A DNA stretch of 64,000 nt, from the IMG/VR virus record IMGVR_UViG_3300027805_000006, one strand, 5' to 3'. Below, in pieces: positions 39,190 to 47,570 of this stretch. Position 1 is the first letter of the stretch, and each line of letters starts with the position of its first letter. The DNA is from a virus. Its lineage: Duplodnaviria > Caudoviricetes. Both the position numbers and the translations under genes were made by a program. Below the pieces are notes generated by a model. That model was not told the DNA's origin. It saw only the letters and a program-made list of their open reading frames with translations, and searched no databases.

Positions 39190-39738
39190 TTATAAAAAAT
39201 ACTGATGCAGTTCTGGTCCAGCCACTAGATAGGTTTCTCCAAATTTAGACTTTTGAACCTTAGCAGTTGCACCAGCAACTTTGCCAGTTGATGTTGAAAG
39301 CATAAAACGGTGTGTATCTTCCCAGAGTGAAATGGTACTTTCAGTAAGGGCAAATGTAATTTTATCGCCTCTCTGAATTTCCTTCACATACAAAACTGTG
39401 TGCTTGCCCCTGCGCACAACAACCTTATCGCCGTCAATTGCACATACACCCAGACTTTCCAACTTAGCAGGCTCTTCTTCATCCATTCCTGCCAGTTCGT
39501 CTTCAGGTGCTACAGTTTCTTCTGGTGCAGTACCAGCCATTTCATCAGCATCACCTTCTCCAGTTGTTGTCTCATCAGTAGTCTCTTCTTCACTGGTATC
39601 CAGCATGCCAATTGCAATGTGTAGAAGATTTTCTGGTTTTGCTTCTACAACTTCAACGTCGTGACCAGCACCTTTTAGTGCTTCTTCGCCGGCAGAAGCA
39701 TCTACTCCAGGAGGTGCAAAAATTACGATCTGTGCCAT
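39190..39738 (-). CDS. Hypothetical acidic protein, 182 aa
   Basis: Contiguous ORF with GGAG RBS. Confidence 0.65.
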   Translation of the reverse strand: MAQIVIFAPPGVDASAGEEALKGAGHDVEVVEAKPENLLHIAIGMLDTSEEETTDETTTGEGDADEMAGTAPEETVAPEDELAGMDEEEPAKLESLGVCAIDGDKVVVRRGKHTVLYVKEIQRGDKITFALTESTISLWEDTHRFMLSTSTGKVAGATAKVQKSKFGETYLVAGPELHQYFL

Positions 39739-39743
39739 TTCAT

Positions 39744-40172
39744 TTACTCCAAGCCAGCCAGAATCCTAAAGCGCTTTGCCACCGAAGCCGCCTCAGCCTT
39801 CTTTTCTTCTGCCTTTGTTTCTACCACAGTTATGGGTGAAGAGCACTCAGCCTCACAGGCAATCTTGCACTTATCAATACCAATTCGCTTGACAACGCGG
39901 TAGGTCTTGGAGGTGTTGCCTTCAAGAATACCGACGCTGAATACAACGTCAAATGAAACAACATCGCACGCTGGGTCAAATGCACCTGATGAAGAAATAG
40001 ATTCAGCATAAACTGAAACACAGGCAGGGTCGTGCTGATGATGTGGAGAGCCAATCACAACTGAATCTACAGCATCTGACGCATAGGAAGACTGGGTTCC
40101 AATTGTGGGAACAGAAATAACTGGTAGATTCATTTCATTGATTTGTTCTGACATAGCAAACTCCATTATCAT
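39744..40172 (-). CDS. Hypothetical late protein, 142 aa
   Basis: ATAAATA at 40180-40186 upstream; C-terminal RFRILAGLE. Confidence 0.65.
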   Translation of the reverse strand: MIMEFAMSEQINEMNLPVISVPTIGTQSSYASDAVDSVVIGSPHHQHDPACVSVYAESISSSGAFDPACDVVSFDVVFSVGILEGNTSKTYRVVKRIGIDKCKIACEAECSSPITVVETKAEEKKAEAASVAKRFRILAGLE

Positions 40173-40849
40173 TCAAGTCTATTTATCGCGGTCTGCCAGA
40201 ATAAAGCCGCTCTTTCTTTCAATTCTTGCTTTAATTCTTGATTAAACTCAACTAAAAACTCCATTGGGAAGCCTGTTTCTGCTACCATTAAAATTACACC
40301 GCTGTTTATTTGTGTATCAAACATCTCATTGTGTGCTTCGGCATAGAAGCAAATTTGGAGTTTATAATCGTGAATGTCTGTATTATTTTTAACTCTATTT
40401 GATGTCTTAAAGTCAATAATTGCGGGTCTTCCCTTATACACACCAACAAGGTCACATCGCCCACCGATTTCATATGTTGAGCAGTAAAGGGGAACTTCTT
40501 GACCCCAGACTTCATCAATTTTAGAAAGTTTTAACTTAAGAGAATTGAATGACTGCATATCAGCATATGGCACTGACTTACCGTCAATAGGCTGATTTAC
40601 GTCTTCACCTTTAAGATAGCGCTCTATTAGCAAATGAACATTAGTACCGCGCGTCGTAGCAGCATGACTTACAGCCGCTGCCTTAGCAGCGCCAAGACTT
40701 TCCTGCCACTTCTTCAGTGAAGCCTTCTTTTCTTCAGCCTCAGTCTTTCCTAAAACAGTGGTAATGGAAGGATAATAACCAAAGGGAGTGTCATACCACC
40801 TTTGGTTATTATGAGGAACAGTTGAAAGTTCGGTGTAGTTAAATTTCAC
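40169..40849 (-). CDS. PD-(D/E)XK exonuclease (Cas4/RecB-like phage exonuclease)
   Basis: YPSITTVL..RGT.VH..E..GRCDLVG..IIDFKTS..YKLQ..FY. Confidence 0.85.
   Translation of the reverse strand: MKFNYTELSTVPHNNQRWYDTPFGYYPSITTVLGKTEAEEKKASLKKWQESLGAAKAAAVSHAATTRGTNVHLLIERYLKGEDVNQPIDGKSVPYADMQSFNSLKLKLSKIDEVWGQEVPLYCSTYEIGGRCDLVGVYKGRPAIIDFKTSNRVKNNTDIHDYKLQICFYAEAHNEMFDTQINSGVILMVAETGFPMEFLVEFNQELKQELKERAALFWQTAINRLE
40180..40186 (-). promoter_or_regulatory. Late promoter ATAAATA
   Basis: tatttat on the plus strand, upstream of 40172. Confidence 0.6.
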
Positions 40850-41517
40850 TTTAGTCGTCTATTCATACGAACGAGACGTCTAGAAGTAGGTTTCCTGCGA
40901 GTGCGTTTAGATTTCAAAATTCTGATAATCTTCTTTTTTCTGGATGCTAATTTGAGTTTCATTCTAGTTCGCGCTTTAGCGCGAGGTTTAAATGCAGCAC
41001 GTGCACTTGACACAACTCTACCTTTTCTAAACCCCGATGTTACTCTAAAACCGCGCTTTATCTTCTTTCCTTGACGTCTAAAAGCACGCTTGATTCCTTC
41101 TTCTAACTCCTCTTCATTGGAAGATTTGATTATATCATCATCTTCATCCTCAGCATCTTCTTCAGAAGGTTGCTCTTCTTCATATGTTTCAATGCCAAGT
41201 TCTTTTAGAGTTTTTTCATCAAGCACTATACCCTGTGGATAAATTTTGTCATTATCTCTAGACAGAACTATACTGTCATCTAAAACTTCTACATACACCG
41301 ACTTGCCAGAATGGTCCTCAATCTCACCACTCTCACCGTCTTCAGCAAGGTCAAACAGATCATTCAGTTGATTAATATCTAACTTTATGATAAATCCTTC
41401 TGCTGATAAGATGACGCCGTGATTTGCTAAGTGCCCAACGTTCCATCCTCCTTTAGGGAGGATAGGCTCATCAGATACCGTCTCCTTAGACGTAAGTTCC
41501 TGTAGAAGTTTCAACAT
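40846..41517 (-). CDS. Probable prohead core-like protein (acidic middle, very basic C-terminus)
   Basis: LEE/G site followed by an Arg/Lys-rich tail, reminiscent of T4-like prohead core proteins. Confidence 0.5.
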   Translation of the reverse strand: MLKLLQELTSKETVSDEPILPKGGWNVGHLANHGVILSAEGFIIKLDINQLNDLFDLAEDGESGEIEDHSGKSVYVEVLDDSIVLSRDNDKIYPQGIVLDEKTLKELGIETYEEEQPSEEDAEDEDDDIIKSSNEEELEEGIKRAFRRQGKKIKRGFRVTSGFRKGRVVSSARAAFKPRAKARTRMKLKLASRKKKIIRILKSKRTRRKPTSRRLVRMNRRLK

Positions 41518-41521
41518 TGGA

Positions 41522-42373
41522 TTACAGGGCTCTACCTTGCTTGCTTAGTTTAGCAACCAACGTATTCATTAAACGAAGCATTGATGATTGGCTTCCAATA
41601 GCCTTATCACCCATTTCAATCTGTTTCATCTTCATCTTAACTGTTGATGGAAGCTTTGCAACATCTACACCGAGAGCAGCAAGTAGCTGCTGAGCAGCCA
41701 TTTCAAACTCAGATAGTTTTTGTCCTTGAGCAGGAGCTTCATTCATTTCTTCTTCTTTAACGGTAACTTCAGAGCCAACATTTGCAAGATCTACTCCAAG
41801 TTGGTCAGCCAGCATCATAAACTTAGAGCGAACTACGCCACGTTGAACTAGTGATGCAGTGTCCATTAGTGATGCAGCATCGCGTCTCATTGCACGTGTG
41901 AGGAGACCAGATGGGAAGTTTAGGGCTGCTAAAACTTCCTCAATCTGCCTGACTATTTTTGAACCAATTAGGTCAATTTCCTTATCGCTTGCCATTGGCT
42001 TCTTAGTAATCTTATCAACAACTGGTGCTTCTTCTGCTTCTTTAACCTCTTGACGAGCAAAGCCCTTTGCAGTTGCAAGCGCAGCAAATAAACGTTGCGC
42101 AGCAATGCGTAGAGGTCTGTTGGTTCTCATTTCATCTGCAACTTCAAGAGCAGCGCTTTTTACTGCCTTTGGGCGGCTTTCAAGCGTCTCAAGCGAAATG
42201 CCTAGCAGGTGATATAGTTGGACGATTTGACGTGCCATAGGCATGGTCAAATTTGCAACTGCTGGGCTTGTTGATGGAATGCTTGTGATGTCAAAGTTAT
42301 CCTTAAAGCCATCAACGTCTTTTTCTTTTGCCTCGTTTAGAACGCGGCTTAGGAATTTTTTACCGATAGACAT
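41522..42373 (-). CDS. Hypothetical protein, probably head-internal, 283 aa
   Basis: Three helical segments separated by LNE/A, VKE/A and VKE/E sites. Confidence 0.55.
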   Translation of the reverse strand: MSIGKKFLSRVLNEAKEKDVDGFKDNFDITSIPSTSPAVANLTMPMARQIVQLYHLLGISLETLESRPKAVKSAALEVADEMRTNRPLRIAAQRLFAALATAKGFARQEVKEAEEAPVVDKITKKPMASDKEIDLIGSKIVRQIEEVLAALNFPSGLLTRAMRRDAASLMDTASLVQRGVVRSKFMMLADQLGVDLANVGSEVTVKEEEMNEAPAQGQKLSEFEMAAQQLLAALGVDVAKLPSTVKMKMKQIEMGDKAIGSQSSMLRLMNTLVAKLSKQGRAL

Positions 42374-44859
42374 AAAATCTCCTTTAGTGTATGAAAGTTA
42401 TTCTCAGCCGCTTTGTTAGCGAGAATTTGTGTTTCTTCAACAGGGGACTTTCCCGTAAGTCCTCTGCCTAATTTCTTTAGAGCAGACTTTTTCTTTTCTG
42501 CTGGTTTTTCTTCTTCAGACTCTTCTTCAGACTCTTCTTCAGACTCTTCTTCAGACTCTTCTGATTTTTCTTCCTCAGGTTCAGCCTCTTCAGATGGCTC
42601 TTCTTCAGATGGCTCTTCTTCAGATGGCTCTTCTTCAGATGGCTCTTCTTCAGATGGCTCTTCAGGAGGAGGTGGTAGGTCATCCTCAGTCTCTTCGTCT
42701 TCCTCAGAATTATCTACTGAAGCAACTACCTCTACATCATCCTCTGATCCTAAGTCAGCAGCATCATCAATAGAGATTTCATCTTCACCCTTTTCCTGAC
42801 CCTCTGCCCTTGGCCAAATTACATCTAGAATATCAAACTTAGGTGCAAGAGCATTAATCGCATCTTCAATATCATCTTCCATGCCAAGCATCTTCTTCAT
42901 TTCTGTTTCAAATGCTTCAGCCTGTGTGGCATTTACATAAACCTTTACAATTTGCCCATCACTTGTCTCTAACCCATAGAGTACAGCATCGACTTCATCA
43001 TTTAAATCTGAAGCACGCTCTAGGTAATTTGCAACATCTGCTGACTTTACTTTTCCATCGGAGTTGATTGTGTTTCGCATTAAATTAAAGCCAATATCAT
43101 TCTGTGTCTTATTGTTAATATCACCCTCGCCAGCACTAGAACCATCAACTGTTTTTAATTTTGACTGATCAACTTCTTTTAGCAATGGCACATTTAGAGG
43201 TGCAACACTATCAGCTAACTTATACTTCGCAGGATTAAGTTGAACAGCAATATCAGCAATGTGTTTTGGTTTTACACCTTGTGCCATTAGTGCAGTATTC
43301 ACTCTTGTCCATGTCGTATGTTTCTCTTCACCGGGCTTAAGATGCATCATAAATGTAACTGCAGGCTTAACCCCTAGAACAAACTCAACAGCCTTAGAAA
43401 CTTTCTGCACTGGAATCTTTTTAGAATCGATGTCATTGTGTTTAGACTCTTCAATAGGACCAAATTGGCGCTCAACGAATTCTTCTGCTTCTTGTGCAGT
43501 GTAGAATGGACCTTCTATTTCAACACCGTGAGAGTAGTCCTTACGAATCCAAGTCATAACCTGCTCGGGCTCGAGATATCCCATATACGAAGTGCCCCAT
43601 CTATAATCTGGCTTACCTTTGTATGGTCGCTCTCTCCACTTTGTGCTATCTCTTGTTGATACTTCTCCAATCCAGGATGCATTCTCATCTTCATCATAGA
43701 AAGCAACATAGAAGGTATCTATCTCATCTTCATCTTCTTCATCTTCTTCATGCTCAAGGTCTGCTAAACTCAAATCTGAACTATGAAATGAATGTTTGCC
43801 ACCACTGTATAGATTTACTACAACAAACTTTTTGTCTTGACCAAATGAAGCAATTTCACCGGTTTTACCATGTTGCTGTACATTTCCTGTAACTTCAACA
43901 ACATCGCCTATTTCAAAATCTTGCATATCGCCATTCATCTGTGAGGGGCCGCCTTCCGCCACATCTTGCCCCTGAGCAATCATCATCATTTTCTCTTTGT
44001 TGCTGGTGATAACTTCTTTACCGTCTTGTCCTTTAACACGATATATAGGTTGTTCGTTTGGTCCCCAACCATGTATTTGTGCTTGTCCCGGTTTCAAATC
44101 TATAGGCATTTTGGTATAGTTATGAACAACAACATCTCCTACCAAGCCTTCCGCCACATCTTGTTTATAATGATTCTTGAATAGACTATTACATTTTAGG
44201 CAACGATCTTGTTCTGGAGTTTGTGCGAATGTTCTTAAGCCTACACCAGTATCTCTACCTGGATGATCAGCAAGTCCATGTTTTGGTGTTTTTAGATGAA
44301 CTTTGTCTCCAGAGCCTTCCGCCACATCTTGCTGCTTCACTAATCTAAATGCTTCTGCTGGAAGATTATCTGCCTGACCGCCATCCTCTAGATCGATGTA
44401 GAATTTTTTTGGCGCACCCTTGAATAGACCCATCTTTATTTCACGTATCCACCCCGTTTTACCAGCATGCGGCCCTTTGACAATCATAACCAGCTTCTTT
44501 AATGTTTTTGCTTCCGTGACGCCTAATGGTGTCATCCAAACCCTATAGACATCCTCGCGACCAGGCCTACGTACCACTGATTTTTCAATTGACTTTTTCA
44601 CATAAGCTGGATCATTGTATCTTGCTTCCATTGTATCTATTTCATCTTTGCTATACTCGGCTTTTTCAGCAGATTTTCTAAATTCGTCTGAATACTTAAA
44701 GGATTTTCCAGAAGCTTTACTTCCAATTTCACCTTCATGATTTAGTAACTTGAAGCCTTTATTGAATAATTCAGGACTAAATGTATTTTCGGCACGATCA
44801 CCACCATTTGCTGCTTCTGCAACATTATCTACACCAACAATAGTTTTCAGTAAATTCAT
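42349..44859 (-). CDS. Modular probable head-internal polyprotein, 836 aa
   Basis: KOW/SH3-like modules separated by VAE/G, VTE/A, IEE/S and LKE/V; acidic repeat tail. Confidence 0.7.
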   Translation of the reverse strand: MNLLKTIVGVDNVAEAANGGDRAENTFSPELFNKGFKLLNHEGEIGSKASGKSFKYSDEFRKSAEKAEYSKDEIDTMEARYNDPAYVKKSIEKSVVRRPGREDVYRVWMTPLGVTEAKTLKKLVMIVKGPHAGKTGWIREIKMGLFKGAPKKFYIDLEDGGQADNLPAEAFRLVKQQDVAEGSGDKVHLKTPKHGLADHPGRDTGVGLRTFAQTPEQDRCLKCNSLFKNHYKQDVAEGLVGDVVVHNYTKMPIDLKPGQAQIHGWGPNEQPIYRVKGQDGKEVITSNKEKMMMIAQGQDVAEGGPSQMNGDMQDFEIGDVVEVTGNVQQHGKTGEIASFGQDKKFVVVNLYSGGKHSFHSSDLSLADLEHEEDEEDEDEIDTFYVAFYDEDENASWIGEVSTRDSTKWRERPYKGKPDYRWGTSYMGYLEPEQVMTWIRKDYSHGVEIEGPFYTAQEAEEFVERQFGPIEESKHNDIDSKKIPVQKVSKAVEFVLGVKPAVTFMMHLKPGEEKHTTWTRVNTALMAQGVKPKHIADIAVQLNPAKYKLADSVAPLNVPLLKEVDQSKLKTVDGSSAGEGDINNKTQNDIGFNLMRNTINSDGKVKSADVANYLERASDLNDEVDAVLYGLETSDGQIVKVYVNATQAEAFETEMKKMLGMEDDIEDAINALAPKFDILDVIWPRAEGQEKGEDEISIDDAADLGSEDDVEVVASVDNSEEDEETEDDLPPPPEEPSEEEPSEEEPSEEEPSEEEPSEEAEPEEEKSEESEEESEEESEEESEEEKPAEKKKSALKKLGRGLTGKSPVEETQILANKAAENNFHTLKEILCLSVKNS
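42511..42660. repeat. Coding tandem repeats: 4 x 12 bp (EESE) and 5 x 15 bp (EEPSE)
   Basis: ttcttcagactc x4 at 42511-42558; ttcttcagatggctc x4 exact plus one near copy at 42586-42660. Confidence 0.95.
43951..44331. repeat. Three identical 18-bp direct repeats (coding strand CAAGATGTGGCGGAAGGC = QDVAEG)
   Basis: gccttccgccacatcttg at 43951-43968, 44146-44163 and 44314-44331; unique spacers of 177 and 150 bp, both in frame. Confidence 0.95.
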
Positions 44860-47174
44860 TTTTTGGCATCCTTGTTTGGATTTTGGAATTTAGGCGCTTG
44901 CCATGTTTTTCTTGCAACACGGCGAATAAGTTTTCCAGTCCCAATACGTGTTTCAATTGGAGCAATAGCAGAGGCAGTTGTTGCAGTTGTTGTCGCACTA
45001 CCAGATGTTGCCACTGCCCCCTCACCTTCTTCAGACAAAGCAATTACACTCTTAAGAAGTTTCATTTCTTGCACCATTTGATAGTTTTCACCACTCGCAT
45101 TAAAAAGAAGTTTATTCATTACTGCTCTTATTCTTGTCAGCAACGGGGTAGTTGGAATAAACTGATTGACGTAGTAATAAAGTTTATTCAAAAACTTTAT
45201 TTTTTCATCAAACGTAAGTTCCTCATACTTAAAAGTGCCATCAAGCAGTATATTTATTCTATCTACATTCATCGCTGGGAAATGCTGTAGAACCTTCAGT
45301 GTCTTTAGGTGGTCATTCCAATCAATTTTGGTATCCTTACCATAACTCAGGTCGATGTGCAGCCAGCGCCACCAATTTGCTGGTACTTTCCTTACATGCC
45401 TGAATAACTCTGCCGAAACCTTCTTCCCAATCAATTTCTTTACTGCTGGAGAACTAACTCTCCAGATTACATAGCCCCAGAAGTTCAGGGCAGACATCTC
45501 CTTTGACCATGAAGAAAGACGACTATGTGTCTTATCTTTCAGCATGCGTATTCCAATTTTATCATCTGCCTTATAGATTACAGATGACATCATTACAGTT
45601 GCAAAGTAGATATTAAGAAGCGTCCAACCGTCCTTATTCTGGTATTGTGCTTTATCTGTGAATAGGCGTGTTTCCTGCAGCATCGCCTCAGCAAGTTGCT
45701 CATCAGTATCTTGATGAACGGCTTTAGCCTGCTTTCCATAAAGAACTGCAGCAAGTTGTCCCTTTGACTTTGCTTTCTTTACTTTTTCTGCAAGTTCTAG
45801 TAGATCTCTACGGCTCTCAGCAAAAACAACAAGAGTTCTTCGGATTATTTCTGGGGAAAGCCCTATCTGTTTTCCTGACTTCAACTTCAACTTAAAGTTG
45901 TCCTTGCTGGTCTTAAAGTCCTTCAGACTTGCTGCTAGTTTGCTGAGCGTCTCTTCAATAAGCGCATTTATCTTCTTCTGAAGTGCTCTAAAATCATCAC
46001 CCCCGCCCAGTTCCTTTGCAAGATTTTTTACTGTTTCTTCTGGTGTGGCTCCCTTGACAGATGATAGAACTCTCTTTGCGCCCTGCGTACGAGCAAGGTC
46101 CTTGTTTCCAAGGAGATCGCCTATCATAATCTTCAATTGTCCAATTAGCCCTCCACGACTTTCGGGTGATGCATCACTGTCAGTGGTCTTTACCATTCCT
46201 GAAATACTGGCTCTTACAGCGTGGTTAAACTGATTAATTGTCGTAAAGGCGTCCTTATCTACAAGTTTGATTTGGTCACCAGTAGTTGGCTCTCTCAGCA
46301 CAACACCTTCAATACCAATATCTTCATCTGGAGATACATCACTTGCAGCAAGAGGTGACTTAATTTGATTTACAAACTTTGTGAGTAGTTCTTTCTTTAT
46401 AGGCAACTTGAATTCTGTCATCAACTTTGCCTGTAACTTTGCACGCAATTCTTTTACTTGTGGTCGAATATCCTTATCAAATGAAGTAACAGCACGAGAG
46501 ATAATATCAAAGTTTGTTGCACCTTCGATATCAGAAGCATCATTTAAAAAATTATCTAACTGCTTCAGTTCTTTTGAAAGATTAACTTCTTTCAACTTGC
46601 TGCTGTCAATCTTCTGTACGCCAACAAATTGAAATGATAAATCTGCTGGCTGTACTACCAAATTTTCACCATCTGCAGTATCGACAACCTTTACATGCAC
46701 ATTCACAACCTGATTTGCCAGTGCAGCAGAAAGTTTATCTACCACCACATCAGAGGTCTTACCAATACCGCGGATAAAAGCAATGTAGTTTTTTCCACCA
46801 GCGCCATAAGTAACGGCATTAGGTTGGCGCCCAAACAAAATTTCTATCTCTACAGCATCACCTGGTTCTAAGATGCTCTTAATGTCGGCTTCTTTTTCAG
46901 CCAATGCAGCATGCGCTGACCTAAACCCATTGTTGGCAGAAAGGTAGGGGTATGAAGCCTCTGAATACACGTTCTCAGCACTTTTTGTTTTGCCAGCGCG
47001 TGAGGTATACAGGCGTCCCTTGCCATCAAGTCCAAACTGCAAATTTGCTCCATCAAGTTTTTCGGACGCAATGAAATTTGCAATATTCTTGACCGCAGCG
47101 ATAAAAGCCTGGATGTCCAGATCTTCTAAATGTGTAATTGCCTCAGAAATAACCATATAACTAGCAGATTTCAT
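44856..47174 (-). CDS. KxDG nucleotidyltransferase (RNA/DNA ligase-fold, DUF6267-like) fused to unknown domains, 772 aa
   Basis: ITHLEDL; motif I SEKLDGAN; YTSR; EIEILFG; motif IV IEGVVLR; motif V IKLVDK. Confidence 0.7.
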   Translation of the reverse strand: MKSASYMVISEAITHLEDLDIQAFIAAVKNIANFIASEKLDGANLQFGLDGKGRLYTSRAGKTKSAENVYSEASYPYLSANNGFRSAHAALAEKEADIKSILEPGDAVEIEILFGRQPNAVTYGAGGKNYIAFIRGIGKTSDVVVDKLSAALANQVVNVHVKVVDTADGENLVVQPADLSFQFVGVQKIDSSKLKEVNLSKELKQLDNFLNDASDIEGATNFDIISRAVTSFDKDIRPQVKELRAKLQAKLMTEFKLPIKKELLTKFVNQIKSPLAASDVSPDEDIGIEGVVLREPTTGDQIKLVDKDAFTTINQFNHAVRASISGMVKTTDSDASPESRGGLIGQLKIMIGDLLGNKDLARTQGAKRVLSSVKGATPEETVKNLAKELGGGDDFRALQKKINALIEETLSKLAASLKDFKTSKDNFKLKLKSGKQIGLSPEIIRRTLVVFAESRRDLLELAEKVKKAKSKGQLAAVLYGKQAKAVHQDTDEQLAEAMLQETRLFTDKAQYQNKDGWTLLNIYFATVMMSSVIYKADDKIGIRMLKDKTHSRLSSWSKEMSALNFWGYVIWRVSSPAVKKLIGKKVSAELFRHVRKVPANWWRWLHIDLSYGKDTKIDWNDHLKTLKVLQHFPAMNVDRINILLDGTFKYEELTFDEKIKFLNKLYYYVNQFIPTTPLLTRIRAVMNKLLFNASGENYQMVQEMKLLKSVIALSEEGEGAVATSGSATTTATTASAIAPIETRIGTGKLIRRVARKTWQAPKFQNPNKDAKK

Positions 47175-47178
47175 TTAA

Positions 47179-47185
47179 TATTTAT
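47179..47185 (-). promoter_or_regulatory. Late promoter ATAAATA, 4 nt upstream of the 772-aa gene ATG
   Basis: Minus strand gtcATAAATAttaaATG. Confidence 0.6.
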
Positions 47186-47189
47186 GACA

Positions 47190-47211
47190 AAGGGGGCAAA
47201 TTTGCCCCCTT
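47190..47211 (-). terminator. GC-rich hairpin/terminator
   Basis: Perfect palindrome aagggggcaaatttgccccctt downstream of the 91-aa gene; U-tract is short. Confidence 0.65.
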
Positions 47212-47232
47212 ATTGTCTTTGTTTTAGCAGAA

Positions 47233-47508
47233 TTAGATGCCCTGCTTCACAACCTCATTTGCTGCCTCAGTCTCTGCTGAAGGAGCGGAAGCTGCTGCAG
47301 CCTTCTTTTCCTCTAGTTCTTTACGAACAGCAGCAGCAATCTGCGCCCCCAAACCTTGCATTGCAGATTGGGTCTTAACTACTGCTAGTTGTTCCTTTTG
47401 CAGATCAGCAGCAAATGCATTATAAACATCTACTGCCTGGCGTACTGCATCACTGAACTGAGCGACATCATAACTAATGCCATCAAGGGTAATAGTCTTT
47501 GGATCCAT
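47233..47508 (-). CDS. Small DUF6447-like protein, 91 aa
   Basis: TITLDGISYDV..S..VRQ..Y pattern; AGGAGA RBS; own late promoter and terminator. Confidence 0.7.
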   Translation of the reverse strand: MDPKTITLDGISYDVAQFSDAVRQAVDVYNAFAADLQKEQLAVVKTQSAMQGLGAQIAAAVRKELEEKKAAAASAPSAETEAANEVVKQGI

Positions 47509-47563
47509 TGTTAAATTCTCCTATCATGTATGGAATTTGAAGATTGATAGACAATCATATGTC

Positions 47564-47570
47564 TATTTAT
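47564..47570 (-). promoter_or_regulatory. Late promoter ATAAATA
   Basis: Abuts the helicase stop, upstream of 47508. Confidence 0.6.

Noticed and set aside
40169-40849. Cas4 as evidence of a CRISPR system
   Set aside because: Lacks the Fe-S cysteines; an ordinary solo phage PD-(D/E)XK exonuclease.
43951-44331. 18-bp direct repeats as a CRISPR array
   Set aside because: Repeats are too short, spacers are 150-177 bp and in frame within a CDS, and there is no cas operon.
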